A stretch of DNA of 64,000 nt from NCBI GenBank assembly GCA_963716255.1, contig OY970303.1:704001-768000 (forward strand), written 5' to 3'. Below, one piece after another: positions 21,212 to 30,693 of the stretch; position 1 is the stretch's first letter; each line of letters begins with the position of its first letter. The DNA comes from an uncultured Gemmatimonadales bacterium (GTDB lineage Bacteria; Gemmatimonadota; Gemmatimonadetes; Longimicrobiales; Longimicrobiaceae). The notes beneath the pieces were generated by a model. That model did no database searches, was not told where the DNA came from, and was given only the letters and a program-made list of their open reading frames with translations. The position numbers and the translations under genes were made by a program.

Positions 21212-22455
21212 CAGATGTCTTCCCGGAGCACCGGGAGAGTCATGCACCTCCCGCCACCTCCGCCGCGGACCAGCTCCGCGCCCTCGAACGCGATCACCGC
21301 CTTTTCGCCCTCCTCCACCTCCACGTCGCCGGTGAGGTAGTCGAGCGCGTTGACCACCCGGAACCCCGCTTCCTTCTCCATCTCGCGCATGGTGGCCTCG
21401 TTGCGCGTGTAGCCCAGGACCACGCCCGGCCGCACCGCGACGAAGTTGCACCCGCTGGCCCACTGCTCCCGCTCCTGCATGGTGGGGTGCTGCCCGCCGC
21501 AGCAGATGGCCGTGAGCGGCAGGTCCATGTTCTTGAGGGCGGCGAACACGTCGGAATATTCGCGCACGCCCCTGCCGTCGGCGCGGTAGTACAGCACCGG
21601 GAGCCGCGCGGGCCCGAAGAAATACGGCGGGTACACCACGCAGTGCTCGCGGTCCACCATGGTCAGGATCATGTCCAGGTGGATGGCCGGGCTCTCGCTG
21701 GGGAGGACCACCACCAGCACGTGCTCCACCCCCGCGGTCTCGCGCAGCCCCTCGATCAGCCCCTCGATGGCGGCCGGCGAGGAGCGCTCGGAAAGCCCGA
21801 TCATCGCCAGGTCGGGGCGCAGGATGAGGACGTCGCCGCCCTCGATGGTGTAGTCGCTGCGGTGCTCCTCGGCCCCGTCGTAGATCAGGCCGGCGTTCCC
21901 CAGGAGCGGGTGGTAGGTGAAGAGCGCCTTCATCAGCAGCTCCTCGGTCCAGCGCACCGCGTACTTCATGGCGCCGATGATGATCCCCTGGTTCACCACC
22001 ATCGCGGCGTCGCGGGTGAAGAACAGGTTGGGGAGCGGCGGCAGCTCGTACGACACCTTGTGGAGGAGCTTGGAGATGGGCCCCTGCGGCGACTCCTTGC
22101 CCTCGATGAACATGCGGATCAGGTCCTCGCCGGGCGTCTCGGCCACCTTGTCGCCGAGCGGCTCGGACGAGGCCACCTCCATGACGCGCTCCACCAGGAA
22201 GCGCCGCACGTGCGGCTCGTCGATGATGTCCGACAGGAGGTCGCGGACCTCCAGCACCTCGCAGAAGCGCGACAGGATGGCGCGGAAGCGGTGGTGCTCC
22301 CGGCGCGCCTGGTCCACGTCGATGATGTCGTCGTAGAGGAACTGCTCGCGGTTCGACGGCGTGACGGCGCGCAGCTCGTTCCCCGGGGTGTGGACGACAA
22401 CCCTGCGGAGCTGGCCGATCTCGGAGGTGACGTGGACGCGCGCGGTCGTATTCAT
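21208..22455 (-). CDS. arcA: Arginine deiminase family protein
   Basis: SEIGQL, PLPNLFFTRD, IEGGD, HLD and GGGRCMT catalytic motifs. Confidence 0.88.
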   Translation of the reverse strand: MNTTARVHVTSEIGQLRRVVVHTPGNELRAVTPSNREQFLYDDIIDVDQARREHHRFRAILSRFCEVLEVRDLLSDIIDEPHVRRFLVERVMEVASSEPLGDKVAETPGEDLIRMFIEGKESPQGPISKLLHKVSYELPPLPNLFFTRDAAMVVNQGIIIGAMKYAVRWTEELLMKALFTYHPLLGNAGLIYDGAEEHRSDYTIEGGDVLILRPDLAMIGLSERSSPAAIEGLIEGLRETAGVEHVLVVVLPSESPAIHLDMILTMVDREHCVVYPPYFFGPARLPVLYYRADGRGVREYSDVFAALKNMDLPLTAICCGGQHPTMQEREQWASGCNFVAVRPGVVLGYTRNEATMREMEKEAGFRVVNALDYLTGDVEVEEGEKAVIAFEGAELVRGGGGGRCMTLPVLREDIW

Positions 22456-22732
22456 AGCCCCGGAAGATAGGCGGACGCCCCGGAAACGCGCAACCGAACG
22501 GCGAGGGAACAGGGAACAGCCTGCAACGGCAACTGCGGCGCCGGACAGCGTAAGCTGAACAGCGCAAAAGGTTGGTATGTAGTGATCTTTTCCTTTACCG
22601 GGATGACGCCCCGGCTAAGGGGGATCGCGCGAATCAAGGCGCGCGAGGAGGGGCGACTGAGGCGTGGTTTTTTCACGCCGCAGGGAGCCCCGACGAGCAG
22701 CAACGCAGAGTCGCGCGATTTACCGACGCCGG

Positions 22733-23362
22733 TTACCGAAGCCGCTCGCCGGAGATCGCATAGGCCAAGCCTTCGAGCTCTACGGTCATGTCCACGTATC
22801 TCAGGGCGACGCTCTCCGGGACGCGCAGGCGCGTGGGGGCGAAGTTGAGGATCGCGCGCACCCCGGCGCTCACCACGCGGTCCACCACGCCCTGCGCGGC
22901 CTCGGCGGGGACGGCCACGATGACGATGTCGATGCGCTCCTCGCGCAGGGCGAGGTCCATGTCCGGGTCGTGGCGCACGCGAAGGTCGCCCCAGGCGGCG
23001 CCCACCTTGCCGGGGTCGGAGTCGAACACCGCCTGGATGTGGAAGCCGCGGCGCTGGAAGTCGCGGTAGGAGAAGAGCGCCGAGCCGATCTTGCCGGCTC
23101 CCACCAGCGCCACGCGCCAGGTGTGGTCGAGCCCCAGGATCTCGCGGATGCGGCCCACCAGCTCCGGCACCGAGTAGCCCAGCCCCCGCTTGCCGAAGGA
23201 GCCGAAGAACGACAGGTCCTTGCGCACCTGCGCGGAGGTGGTGCCCCCGCGCTCGGCCAGGTCGTCGCTGGAGATGGTGTCGAGGCCGCGGTCCGCGGCC
23301 TCCTGGAGAAAGCGCAGGTACAGCGAGAGCCTGCGGACGGTGGATTCCGAGATCTTCTTCAT
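22733..23362 (-). CDS. rex: Redox-sensing transcriptional repressor Rex
   Basis: RRLSLYLR, QVRKDLSFFGSFGKRGLGY, GAGKIG, ILNFAP. Confidence 0.97.
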   Translation of the reverse strand: MKKISESTVRRLSLYLRFLQEAADRGLDTISSDDLAERGGTTSAQVRKDLSFFGSFGKRGLGYSVPELVGRIREILGLDHTWRVALVGAGKIGSALFSYRDFQRRGFHIQAVFDSDPGKVGAAWGDLRVRHDPDMDLALREERIDIVIVAVPAEAAQGVVDRVVSAGVRAILNFAPTRLRVPESVALRYVDMTVELEGLAYAISGERLR

Positions 23363-23404
23363 TCGCGGCGAACCCACGGGAACGGCTGGGCGACTGCCCC
23401 ATAC

Positions 23405-23449
23405 TTGTGAAACAATTCACAAGATAAGGCGCGGGAAATCCCGCGTCAA
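23405..23449 (-). promoter_or_regulatory. Rex operator overlapping a sigma70 promoter
   Basis: TTGTGAAACAATTCACAA (23405-23422) matches the Rex consensus TTGTGAA-N4-TTCACAA. TTGACG (23449-23444), 17 nt spacer, TATCTT (23426-23421). Confidence 0.92.
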
Positions 23450-23458
23450 CGGCGCCGC

Positions 23459-24292
23459 TCAGCCGCCGCGTCCCTTCCTGCGCGCCGCCAGGGCGCGGGC
23501 CAGCCGGATGAACTCCTCCGGGGAAAAGGTCTCCGGGCGCTGCGCGAGGTCGAAGCCCAGCTCCGCGCCCAGCGCCTCCACCTCGGCGGGCGACAGGGCG
23601 TACGCGTCGCGGAGGATGCGCTGGAACTGCTTGCGGCGCTGCCCGAACGCCGCGCGCGTCAGGGCGCGCAGCGCTCCCTCCTCCTCCTGCGGCAGCCGCG
23701 GGGGGACGTGCGGAGTGATGCGGACGACGGTGGACTCCACGTCCGGGACCGGGCGGAACGACCCGCGCCCCACGTGAAGCACCCGCTCCGCGTCCGCCAC
23801 GGCGCGTACTCCCACCGCCAGCGCGCCGTACGTCCTGCTCCCGGGCTCGGCGAGGATGCGGTCCGCCACCTCGCGCTGCACCATGAGCACGATGGCGCGG
23901 GGGCGCACCCGGCGCTCCAGCAGCGAGAAGAGGATGGGGGTGGTGATGTTGTAGGGGATGTTGCCGATGACCAGGAGCCCGGCGGGATCGGCGGAGAGGC
24001 GCTCCAGCGGAACGTCCAGGATGTCGCCGTGCACAACCTCCACCGAGGGGTCGCCCGCGAACTCGGCCGCGAGGCGGGGGGCCAGGTCGTTGTCCAGCTC
24101 CACCAGCACCAGGCGGCGCACGGTGCCGGCCAGGTGGCGGGTGAGCGCCCCCCGCCCCGGCCCGATCTCCAGCACCTCGTCGTCCGGGCCCGCGCCCAGC
24201 GACTGCACGATGCGGCGCTGGGCGTTCGCGTCCACCAGGAAGTTCTGCCCCAGGGACTTCTTGGCGCGGTGGCCGCCTTCGCGGGGGCTCAC
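23459..24292 (-). CDS. rsmA: 16S rRNA adenine dimethyltransferase RsmA (KsgA)
   Basis: KKSLGQNFL, LEIGPGRGALT, GNIPYNITT, MVQREVA, AFGQRRK. Confidence 0.96.
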   Translation of the reverse strand: MSPREGGHRAKKSLGQNFLVDANAQRRIVQSLGAGPDDEVLEIGPGRGALTRHLAGTVRRLVLVELDNDLAPRLAAEFAGDPSVEVVHGDILDVPLERLSADPAGLLVIGNIPYNITTPILFSLLERRVRPRAIVLMVQREVADRILAEPGSRTYGALAVGVRAVADAERVLHVGRGSFRPVPDVESTVVRITPHVPPRLPQEEEGALRALTRAAFGQRRKQFQRILRDAYALSPAEVEALGAELGFDLAQRPETFSPEEFIRLARALAARRKGRGG

Positions 24293-24305
24293 GGCGGGGC
24301 CGCGC

Positions 24306-25895
24306 TCAGAGCCGCACCAGCAGCGCGGTGCGGTCGTCCGCGGGGACGCCGGTCGCGCCGGGAGCGGCCCCCAGCCCGAAGAGGCGGCCCATCAGGTCGC
24401 GCACCCCGGCCCCGCGGCCGCGGACCACCTCGTCCACCAGGATCCGCGAGCCCTCCACCTCCCCGGCCTCCAGCGAGTCGGAAAGGCCGTCGGTGAACAG
24501 GAAGAGCAGGTCCTCGCCGCGGCGCCAGGGGACCTGGTTCTCGTGGTAGTCCTCCAGGTCCACGATCCCCAGCGGCGGGTCGGTGGCGCTCAGGCGCTCC
24601 ACCGCGCCGTCGCCGCACACCCGGAAGGCGTGGCCGTGCCCGGCGTTGGCGTAGGTGATCCGGCCCCCTTCCGGGTCGATGACCCCGTAGAAGAGGGTCA
24701 GGTACATCTCCGTGGTCTCCAGCTCGTCGATCAGGGTGCGGTGCACGCGGCGCAGCACCTCGGCCGGGGGGTCGCCCTCGGAGGCGTGGATGGCGACGGC
24801 GCTCATGGTGAGCGCCATGATCAGCGCCGCCCCGAAGCCGTGGCTGGACACGTCGCCGATCATTGCCCCCAGCCGCCCGCCGGGGAGACGGAACAGGTGG
24901 TAGAAGTCGCCCCCCACCGACTCGGCGGGGACGCAGCGCGCGGCCACCTCGGCGTACCCCTCGAACTGCTCCACCGGCGGGAGGAGCTTGAGCTGCAGGT
25001 CGTGGGCGAGCTCCATCTCCCGCTCCATCCGCTGCTGGCGCAGGCTTTCCTCGATGAGCCGGCTGTTCTCCACCGCCGCGCCGATCTGGCTGGCGATGGC
25101 GGAGAGCAGCTTCAGGTCGCCGGCGGAAAAGGCTTCGTCGGTGCTGCGCCCCACCAGGTTGATGACGCCGATGGTGCGCGCCTCCCCCTCGGGCGGGGTG
25201 TAGCTCACGGGGACGGACAGGAAGGAGCCGCGCATCAGGTTGGCGGGATCGCAGCCGGGGCGCGGGTGCTCCTCGGTGGGCCCCAGGAGCACGGGGCGCC
25301 GCTCGCGGAACACCTCGGCCGTGACGGAGCAGGGATCGTCCAGGGCGATGGGCCCCACCTGGCCGTCGCCCCCCACCGCCGCCGCAAGGCGCAGCCGCGC
25401 CGCCTCGGGCTCGTGCACCCAGAGCGAGGCCCGCTGCGCCCCCAGGATCCCGATCACCTCCTCCAGGATGGTCCCGGCGGCGCTCTCCAGCGAGATCACG
25501 GAGCCCAGGATCTCGCTGATGGAGTAGAGGAGGGTGATCTCCTCGTAGCGCTCGATGATCTCCCGGCTCATCGAGCGCACCTCCACGTCGTGGCGGAGGG
25601 TGCGGCCCAGCGACGAGGCCAGGAAGCGGGCCGCGGGGCGCGCCTCGTCGGGCGGGAGCCCCAGCACCTCCACGCGCAGCGCCCCCCCGGCGCCGTCGGC
25701 GAACTCCGCGGCGTCCGGTCCGGGGCCGCGCTCCTCCGTTGCCTCCGCGCACCTCCAGCCGTCGGCGGCGCGCAGCCAGACGCGCGCCTCGCGCCCGCAG
25801 TCGCGCCGGAAGTCGGCGAGGACTTCGCGCGCCGCGTCCGGGATGCGGACGGGGGACGGGAGGGGGGCGGACGGGGGCGCCACGGTGGGATTCAC
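24306..25895 (-). CDS. GAF + PP2C (SpoIIE/RsbU-like) phosphatase
   Basis: GAF domain; VGGDFY, GDVSSHG, NAGH, FTDG and DDRT motifs. Confidence 0.92.
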   Translation of the reverse strand: MNPTVAPPSAPLPSPVRIPDAAREVLADFRRDCGREARVWLRAADGWRCAEATEERGPGPDAAEFADGAGGALRVEVLGLPPDEARPAARFLASSLGRTLRHDVEVRSMSREIIERYEEITLLYSISEILGSVISLESAAGTILEEVIGILGAQRASLWVHEPEAARLRLAAAVGGDGQVGPIALDDPCSVTAEVFRERRPVLLGPTEEHPRPGCDPANLMRGSFLSVPVSYTPPEGEARTIGVINLVGRSTDEAFSAGDLKLLSAIASQIGAAVENSRLIEESLRQQRMEREMELAHDLQLKLLPPVEQFEGYAEVAARCVPAESVGGDFYHLFRLPGGRLGAMIGDVSSHGFGAALIMALTMSAVAIHASEGDPPAEVLRRVHRTLIDELETTEMYLTLFYGVIDPEGGRITYANAGHGHAFRVCGDGAVERLSATDPPLGIVDLEDYHENQVPWRRGEDLLFLFTDGLSDSLEAGEVEGSRILVDEVVRGRGAGVRDLMGRLFGLGAAPGATGVPADDRTALLVRL

Positions 25896-26392
25896 GCGCC
25901 GGATGCCCGGCGCAGGGGAGAGGTGCCGCGGTGGAGGACGAAGCGCACCTCGTTGCCGCGCTCGTTGTACTCCACCTCGTCCATCAGGTTGTGGAGGAGG
26001 AAGATCCCCCGGCCGCCGGTGCGCTCCAGGTTCTCGTCGAGCGTGGGGTCGGGGACGTCGCCGGGATCGAAGCCGTCCCCCTGGTCACGGACGGCCACCT
26101 CGATGCGCTCGGCGCTGAGCTCCACCTGCACGCGGACGCACTTGCCGGGGTCCTGCCGGTTGCCGTAGGTCACGGCGTTGGCAAGGGCCTCGCACATCCC
26201 CACCCGGAAGTTGAGCGTGAGCTTGGAGCCGTCGAAGCTGACCCCGCGGCAGCGCTCCACCAGGTAGGAGACCACGCCTTCGATGACGCGGAGGTCGCTG
26301 GGGAGCTCCAGCACGAACGCCACCGGCTCCCCGGCCTCCGCCGCGGCCCGCCCTCCCGGGCGGGCCGGCTGTGCCTCGTGTCTGGGGCGCAT
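25892..26392 (-). CDS. Anti-sigma factor kinase (RsbW-like HATPase)
   Basis: EALANAVTYGN, DQGDGFDP, GGRGIFL, LMDEV. Confidence 0.92.
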   Translation of the reverse strand: MRPRHEAQPARPGGRAAAEAGEPVAFVLELPSDLRVIEGVVSYLVERCRGVSFDGSKLTLNFRVGMCEALANAVTYGNRQDPGKCVRVQVELSAERIEVAVRDQGDGFDPGDVPDPTLDENLERTGGRGIFLLHNLMDEVEYNERGNEVRFVLHRGTSPLRRASGA

Positions 26393-26406
26393 CCCTCGCG
26401 CGGAGT

Positions 26407-26739
26407 TCAGAGAGACTGGAGCGCCTCGTCGCGGGAATCCGCGATGTTGAACAGAGTGTCCAGCTTGGTGAGCTCGAAGAGGGTGCGCAGGTCCTCGTTG
26501 AGGTTGGCGAGCCGCAGCTCCCCGCCCTGCTCGCGGATCTTCTTGGACAGGCTCACCAGCACGCCCAGCCCCGAGGAGTCGATGTAGCCGGTGTTGGCGA
26601 AGTCGATGAGGAACTTGCGCTCGCCGGACTCCAGCTCGTCCAGCACCTTCTGCTTGAGCTCCTGCCGGTTCCCGACGATCAGCTGGCCGTCCACGTCCAC
26701 CACCACCACCCCGTTCTGCTTACTCGTCTGGAAGCTCAT
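26407..26739 (-). CDS. STAS anti-sigma factor antagonist (RsbV/SpoIIAA-like)
   Basis: YIDSSGLGVLV phospho-acceptor motif; GGAGGAG RBS. Confidence 0.94.
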   Translation of the reverse strand: MSFQTSKQNGVVVVDVDGQLIVGNRQELKQKVLDELESGERKFLIDFANTGYIDSSGLGVLVSLSKKIREQGGELRLANLNEDLRTLFELTKLDTLFNIADSRDEALQSL

Positions 26740-26931
26740 GGCTCCTCCACGCCTCAGGTTGATATCCGAAACAGACCGGAACCCGCAGGGCAAGCGATGT
26801 GCCATTTGAGGGAACAGGGAATCCCCGCCACGGCCCTTCCCCACCCAAGGGAACAGGGAACAGCCCCCGAACTTCAAAGGACAACAGCCGTCCGCCGTCG
26901 TAGTTGCAGGCTGTCCCCGGTACCCTGTCCC

Positions 26932-27918
26932 CTAGCCGGCCATCAGCCCCGTAAGGCAGGCGACGTTGACAATATCGTCCACGCTGGCGCCGCGCGAAAG
27001 GTCGTTGCAGGGCCGCGCCAGCCCCTGCACCAGCGGGCCGATCGCCTCGGCGCCGGCGAGGCGCTGCACCAGCTTGTACGCCAGGTTGCCGGCGTCCAGG
27101 TCGGGAAAGACCAGCACGTTGGCGCGGCCGGCCACCGGGGAGCCGGGCGCCTTGCGCGCGCCGATGGCCTCGACCAGGGCGGCGTCGGCCTGCAGCTCGC
27201 CGTCGGCGGGGACGTGCGGGGCGCGCTCCCGGAAGAGCTCCAGCGCCTCCCGCACCTTGGTGACCGAGGGGCCCTCGGCGCTCCCCAGGGTGGAGTACGA
27301 CAGGAAGGCGACGCGCGGCTCGTCGCCCACCACCCGGGCGCGCGCGGCGGCGGCGGCGACGGCGATGTCGGCCAGCTGCTCGGCGGTGGGGTCGGGGACC
27401 ACCGCCCCGTCGGTGAAGGTGAGCACCTCCGGCTCGCCGCCGCGGAAGGGGCGCACCACCATGTAGAAGGAGGAGGAGACGGTGCGGATGCCGGGCGCCG
27501 GCCCCACCGCCCAGAGCGCGGCGCGGATCACGTCGCCGGTGGAGTGGACCGCGCCCGCCACGGAGCCGTCGGCCTCGCCCGCGGCCACCAGCAGCGCGCC
27601 GAAGAGGAGCGGGTCGCCGGAGTGGCGCAGGGCGCCGGTCTCCGACATCCCCTTGGCCTTCCGCCGCTCGTGCAGGCGGGCGGCCAGCTCCGCGCGGCGG
27701 GGGTCGTGCTCCGGGTCCACCACCCGGGCCCCGTCTCCCACGCCCATGCGCTCCAGGTCGGCGGCGGTGAGCGGGCCGCCCACCACCAGCGGGCGCGCCA
27801 GCCCGTCGCGGGCCAGGATGGCGACGGCTTCCAGGGTGCGCGGATCGGCGCCCTCGGGAAAGACGATGCGGCGGGGATTCTCCCGGGCGCGGGCGCGGAC
27901 GCTCTCCAGGAAGCTCAT
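26932..27918 (-). CDS. pta: Phosphate acetyltransferase
   Basis: [37 protein letters not shown]. Confidence 0.94.
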   Translation of the reverse strand: MSFLESVRARARENPRRIVFPEGADPRTLEAVAILARDGLARPLVVGGPLTAADLERMGVGDGARVVDPEHDPRRAELAARLHERRKAKGMSETGALRHSGDPLLFGALLVAAGEADGSVAGAVHSTGDVIRAALWAVGPAPGIRTVSSSFYMVVRPFRGGEPEVLTFTDGAVVPDPTAEQLADIAVAAAAARARVVGDEPRVAFLSYSTLGSAEGPSVTKVREALELFRERAPHVPADGELQADAALVEAIGARKAPGSPVAGRANVLVFPDLDAGNLAYKLVQRLAGAEAIGPLVQGLARPCNDLSRGASVDDIVNVACLTGLMAG

Positions 27919-27926
27919 GGGGACGG

Positions 27927-28448
27927 TCAGACGATCTCCTCGGGGCGAACGACGGGAACGGGCTCGGCGGGGAGGAGGCGGCGCAGCACCGGCGCGGGGA
28001 CGAAGCGCGACACGTCGCCCCCCAGCGAGGCCACCTGCCGCACCAGCGTCCCGCTGACGAAGGCATGCTCGGGCGCGGGGGCGAGGAACACCGTTTCCAC
28101 GTCCGGGGCGAGCGCGCGGTTCATCGCCGCCATCTGCACCTCGTACTCCCAGTCGGCGACGGTGCGCACGCCGCGTACCACCACCCGCGCCCCGATGCGC
28201 CGCGCGTAGTCCACGAGCAATCCCTGGAACTCGGCGGCCTCCACCCGCGGCTCGCCGGCGAAGGTCTCGCGGATCATGCGCACGCGCTCCTCCACGGAGA
28301 ACATGGTCTTCTTGGTCTGCGTGGGCGCGTGGGACACGGCGACCACCACGCGGTCGGCGAGGGACAGCGCGCGGCGGACGATGTCCTCGTGCCCGGAGGT
28401 GACGGGGTCGAAGGAGCCGGGGAAGAGGGCGACGCGTGGCTCGGTCAT
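27927..28448 (-). CDS. coaD: Pantetheine-phosphate adenylyltransferase
   Basis: [16 protein letters not shown]...DWEYE. Confidence 0.95.
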   Translation of the reverse strand: MTEPRVALFPGSFDPVTSGHEDIVRRALSLADRVVVAVSHAPTQTKKTMFSVEERVRMIRETFAGEPRVEAAEFQGLLVDYARRIGARVVVRGVRTVADWEYEVQMAAMNRALAPDVETVFLAPAPEHAFVSGTLVRQVASLGGDVSRFVPAPVLRRLLPAEPVPVVRPEEIV

Positions 28449-28975
28449 GGATCGCTCGCGGGGACGAAGGTGAGCGAGGTGTCGCCGTAGCGGCGGGTGC
28501 GGGCGCCGGGGAGATCGGGGACGTCGTCGCCGCGCCCGTGCTCCACGCACAGCAGCGCGGCGAAGGGGACACGCGCGAAGCGCTCCAGCAGCGCGGCGGC
28601 ATGGCCCTGCCCGTACGGCGGGTCGGCGAAGGCAAGGTCGAAGGCGCCGGCCTCCAGGGCGTCCACGTAGCGGACGGCGTCCACGCGGACCACCTCGGCG
28701 CGCGGGCCGGCGCCCAGCGCGTCCAGGTTTTCGCGCAGCGCGCGGAGCGCGGGCGCGGCGTTCTCCACGAACACGGCGCGCTCCGCCCCGCGCGACAGCG
28801 CCTCCAGCCCCAGCGCGCCGGAGCCGGCGAACAGGTCCAGCACTCTCGCCCCGGGGATCTCGTCCGCCACCGCGCTCATCCAGGCCTCGCGGACGCGGTC
28901 GGTGGTGGGCCGGGTGGCCCGCCCCGGCGGCGCGGCGATGCGCCGCCCGCCCCACTCCCCCGCGACGATGCGCAC
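28445..28975 (-). CDS. rsmD: 16S rRNA m2G966 methyltransferase RsmD
   Basis: [32 protein letters not shown]; adjacent to coaD. Confidence 0.95.
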   Translation of the reverse strand: MRIVAGEWGGRRIAAPPGRATRPTTDRVREAWMSAVADEIPGARVLDLFAGSGALGLEALSRGAERAVFVENAAPALRALRENLDALGAGPRAEVVRVDAVRYVDALEAGAFDLAFADPPYGQGHAAALLERFARVPFAALLCVEHGRGDDVPDLPGARTRRYGDTSLTFVPASDP

Positions 28976-28976
28976 C

Positions 28977-30428
28977 CTACCAGCGCCAGCGGTAGGTGTA
29001 CGTCACCACGACCTCGCCGCCCTGCGGCACGGTCAGCGGGAACTCCACGGTGGTGGCGTCCTTCTTTTCCGAGCGGTGGCTGCTGCGCAGGATCTCCCAG
29101 TCGCCCTGCAGGTGCTCCACCACGGAGACCTGGGCAGGCCCTTCCTTGTGGTTGCGGATGGTGACCTGCACCGTCTGCTCCTGTACCCGCTCGGAGACCT
29201 GCCGGGTGTCCATGACCCTGCGCTCGCCCACCACGTCGAAGGCGTCGCCGATGTACAGGCGCACCGTCTCGCCCTGCGGGGTGTGGTCCACCAGGTCCTC
29301 GCCGATGAACTGCAGGTTGCCGGTGCGGTCGCCCTTGTAGACGCGCACCTTGCCCCTGGGCAGCGGCATCCCCATGCGGTTCTCGCGCGTGTTCCGCACT
29401 TCCAGCACGATCCCCAGCTTGTCGCCCGTGGTGCTGGTGCCGTCGCCGGGGCGCCGCGCGCGCGAGGCCCACCAGGGCGCGGCCACGTCGAAGACCAGCC
29501 GCCGCGTCACCCCCACGTCGGTGGCGGCAAGCAGGCTCATCTGCTTGGTCTCGTTGTTGGCGACGGTGGTGGTGCCGTCCAGCGTGTACAGGTGGTACTC
29601 GAAGAACGCTTCCTGCGCGAAGGCGGGCTGCGGCGGGGCCGCCATGGGAACGCGCGACCGCGCCTGGACCTCCGCCGCGGCGTAGCCCTCGGCGATGCGG
29701 CGCACGTCGCCGGCCATGAGCTGGAGCCGCGCGTCGCGGTAGGCGGCGCCGCTGCGGTTGTCGAGCGTCACCCAGCCGGTGAGGTCCACGCGGCTCTCGT
29801 CGTCGCGCACCACGGCCACGTAGTCGGCCTTCCAGGAGATGCCGTTGGCGATGTAGGACACCTGGGTGTCGTGCTCGCCGGCCTGCGTCGCGTCCAGCGT
29901 CCACAGCAGCGAGGGGCGCGACACCAGCCCGGCCGCTACGTCCCCCACCTCCACCGTGCCGTACGGGTTGAGCACGAAGCGCCCGTCCGCGGTCCTCACC
30001 ACCACGCCGCCGGACGAGGGCGGGCTGAGCAGCGTCCCCTCCACGACGACGCGGCGGACGCCCCGGTCGTCCAGCGACACGTAGCGCACCGTCTTCCCCA
30101 CGGACTTTTCCAGCAGCGCGTTGGGGCTGACCAGGTCGAACTGGTAGTTCTGTTCGCGGACGGCGACTGCGCCGGGCGCGGTGAGCGAGCGGATGGCGAT
30201 GGAGGTGGGGTCGATCTGCTGCGCGACGCCCTCGTAGCGCACCAGGTTGCGCCCGGCCCGCAGCGGGATGAGCCGCTGCTCGCGCACCACGGCGAAGTTG
30301 CCGTTGTACACGGTGAGCGACACGCCGCGCGTGGCCTCCGGCCCGGAAACGACCGGCTCCTGTGCGGCGGCGGCGAGCGGCGCGGCAGAGAGGAGCAGCG
30401 CCGCGAGCGTACGAAGGGATGCTTTCAT
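28977..30428 (-). CDS. Secreted DUF4139/DUF4140-like protein
   Basis: Signal peptide; SLTVYNGNFAVVRE, WKADY, FFEYHLY, LPRGKVRVY, IGED...HTP. Confidence 0.8.
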   Translation of the reverse strand: MKASLRTLAALLLSAAPLAAAAQEPVVSGPEATRGVSLTVYNGNFAVVREQRLIPLRAGRNLVRYEGVAQQIDPTSIAIRSLTAPGAVAVREQNYQFDLVSPNALLEKSVGKTVRYVSLDDRGVRRVVVEGTLLSPPSSGGVVVRTADGRFVLNPYGTVEVGDVAAGLVSRPSLLWTLDATQAGEHDTQVSYIANGISWKADYVAVVRDDESRVDLTGWVTLDNRSGAAYRDARLQLMAGDVRRIAEGYAAAEVQARSRVPMAAPPQPAFAQEAFFEYHLYTLDGTTTVANNETKQMSLLAATDVGVTRRLVFDVAAPWWASRARRPGDGTSTTGDKLGIVLEVRNTRENRMGMPLPRGKVRVYKGDRTGNLQFIGEDLVDHTPQGETVRLYIGDAFDVVGERRVMDTRQVSERVQEQTVQVTIRNHKEGPAQVSVVEHLQGDWEILRSSHRSEKKDATTVEFPLTVPQGGEVVVTYTYRWRW

Positions 30429-30542
30429 GGGCGAGGACGGGAAAAGGGCGATCCGGATCTCGCCGCCGGCAGCGGAAGCTGCGGTGCGGCGCCTGTGCGA
30501 TGGAAGACGAGCGAAGAGCCCGATCCTGCACAGGTGCCGCCC

Positions 30543-30671
30543 GCGTGAGGGATTTCGGCCCGGAGGGGCGAGACCCGCGGGCAGTTTCGCGGGGCTCGAC
30601 TCCGTTGCAGACGGTCGTTTCGTCTGCTACGGAGCCGAAGCCCGACCCCGGCGCCCGCCGGGGGCACGCCC
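30543..30671 (-). repeat. Structured repeat family A, copy 5
   Basis: 22 nt after the recJ stop. Confidence 0.9.
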
Positions 30672-30693
30672 GACCCCGCCGTCACCGAGCCGT

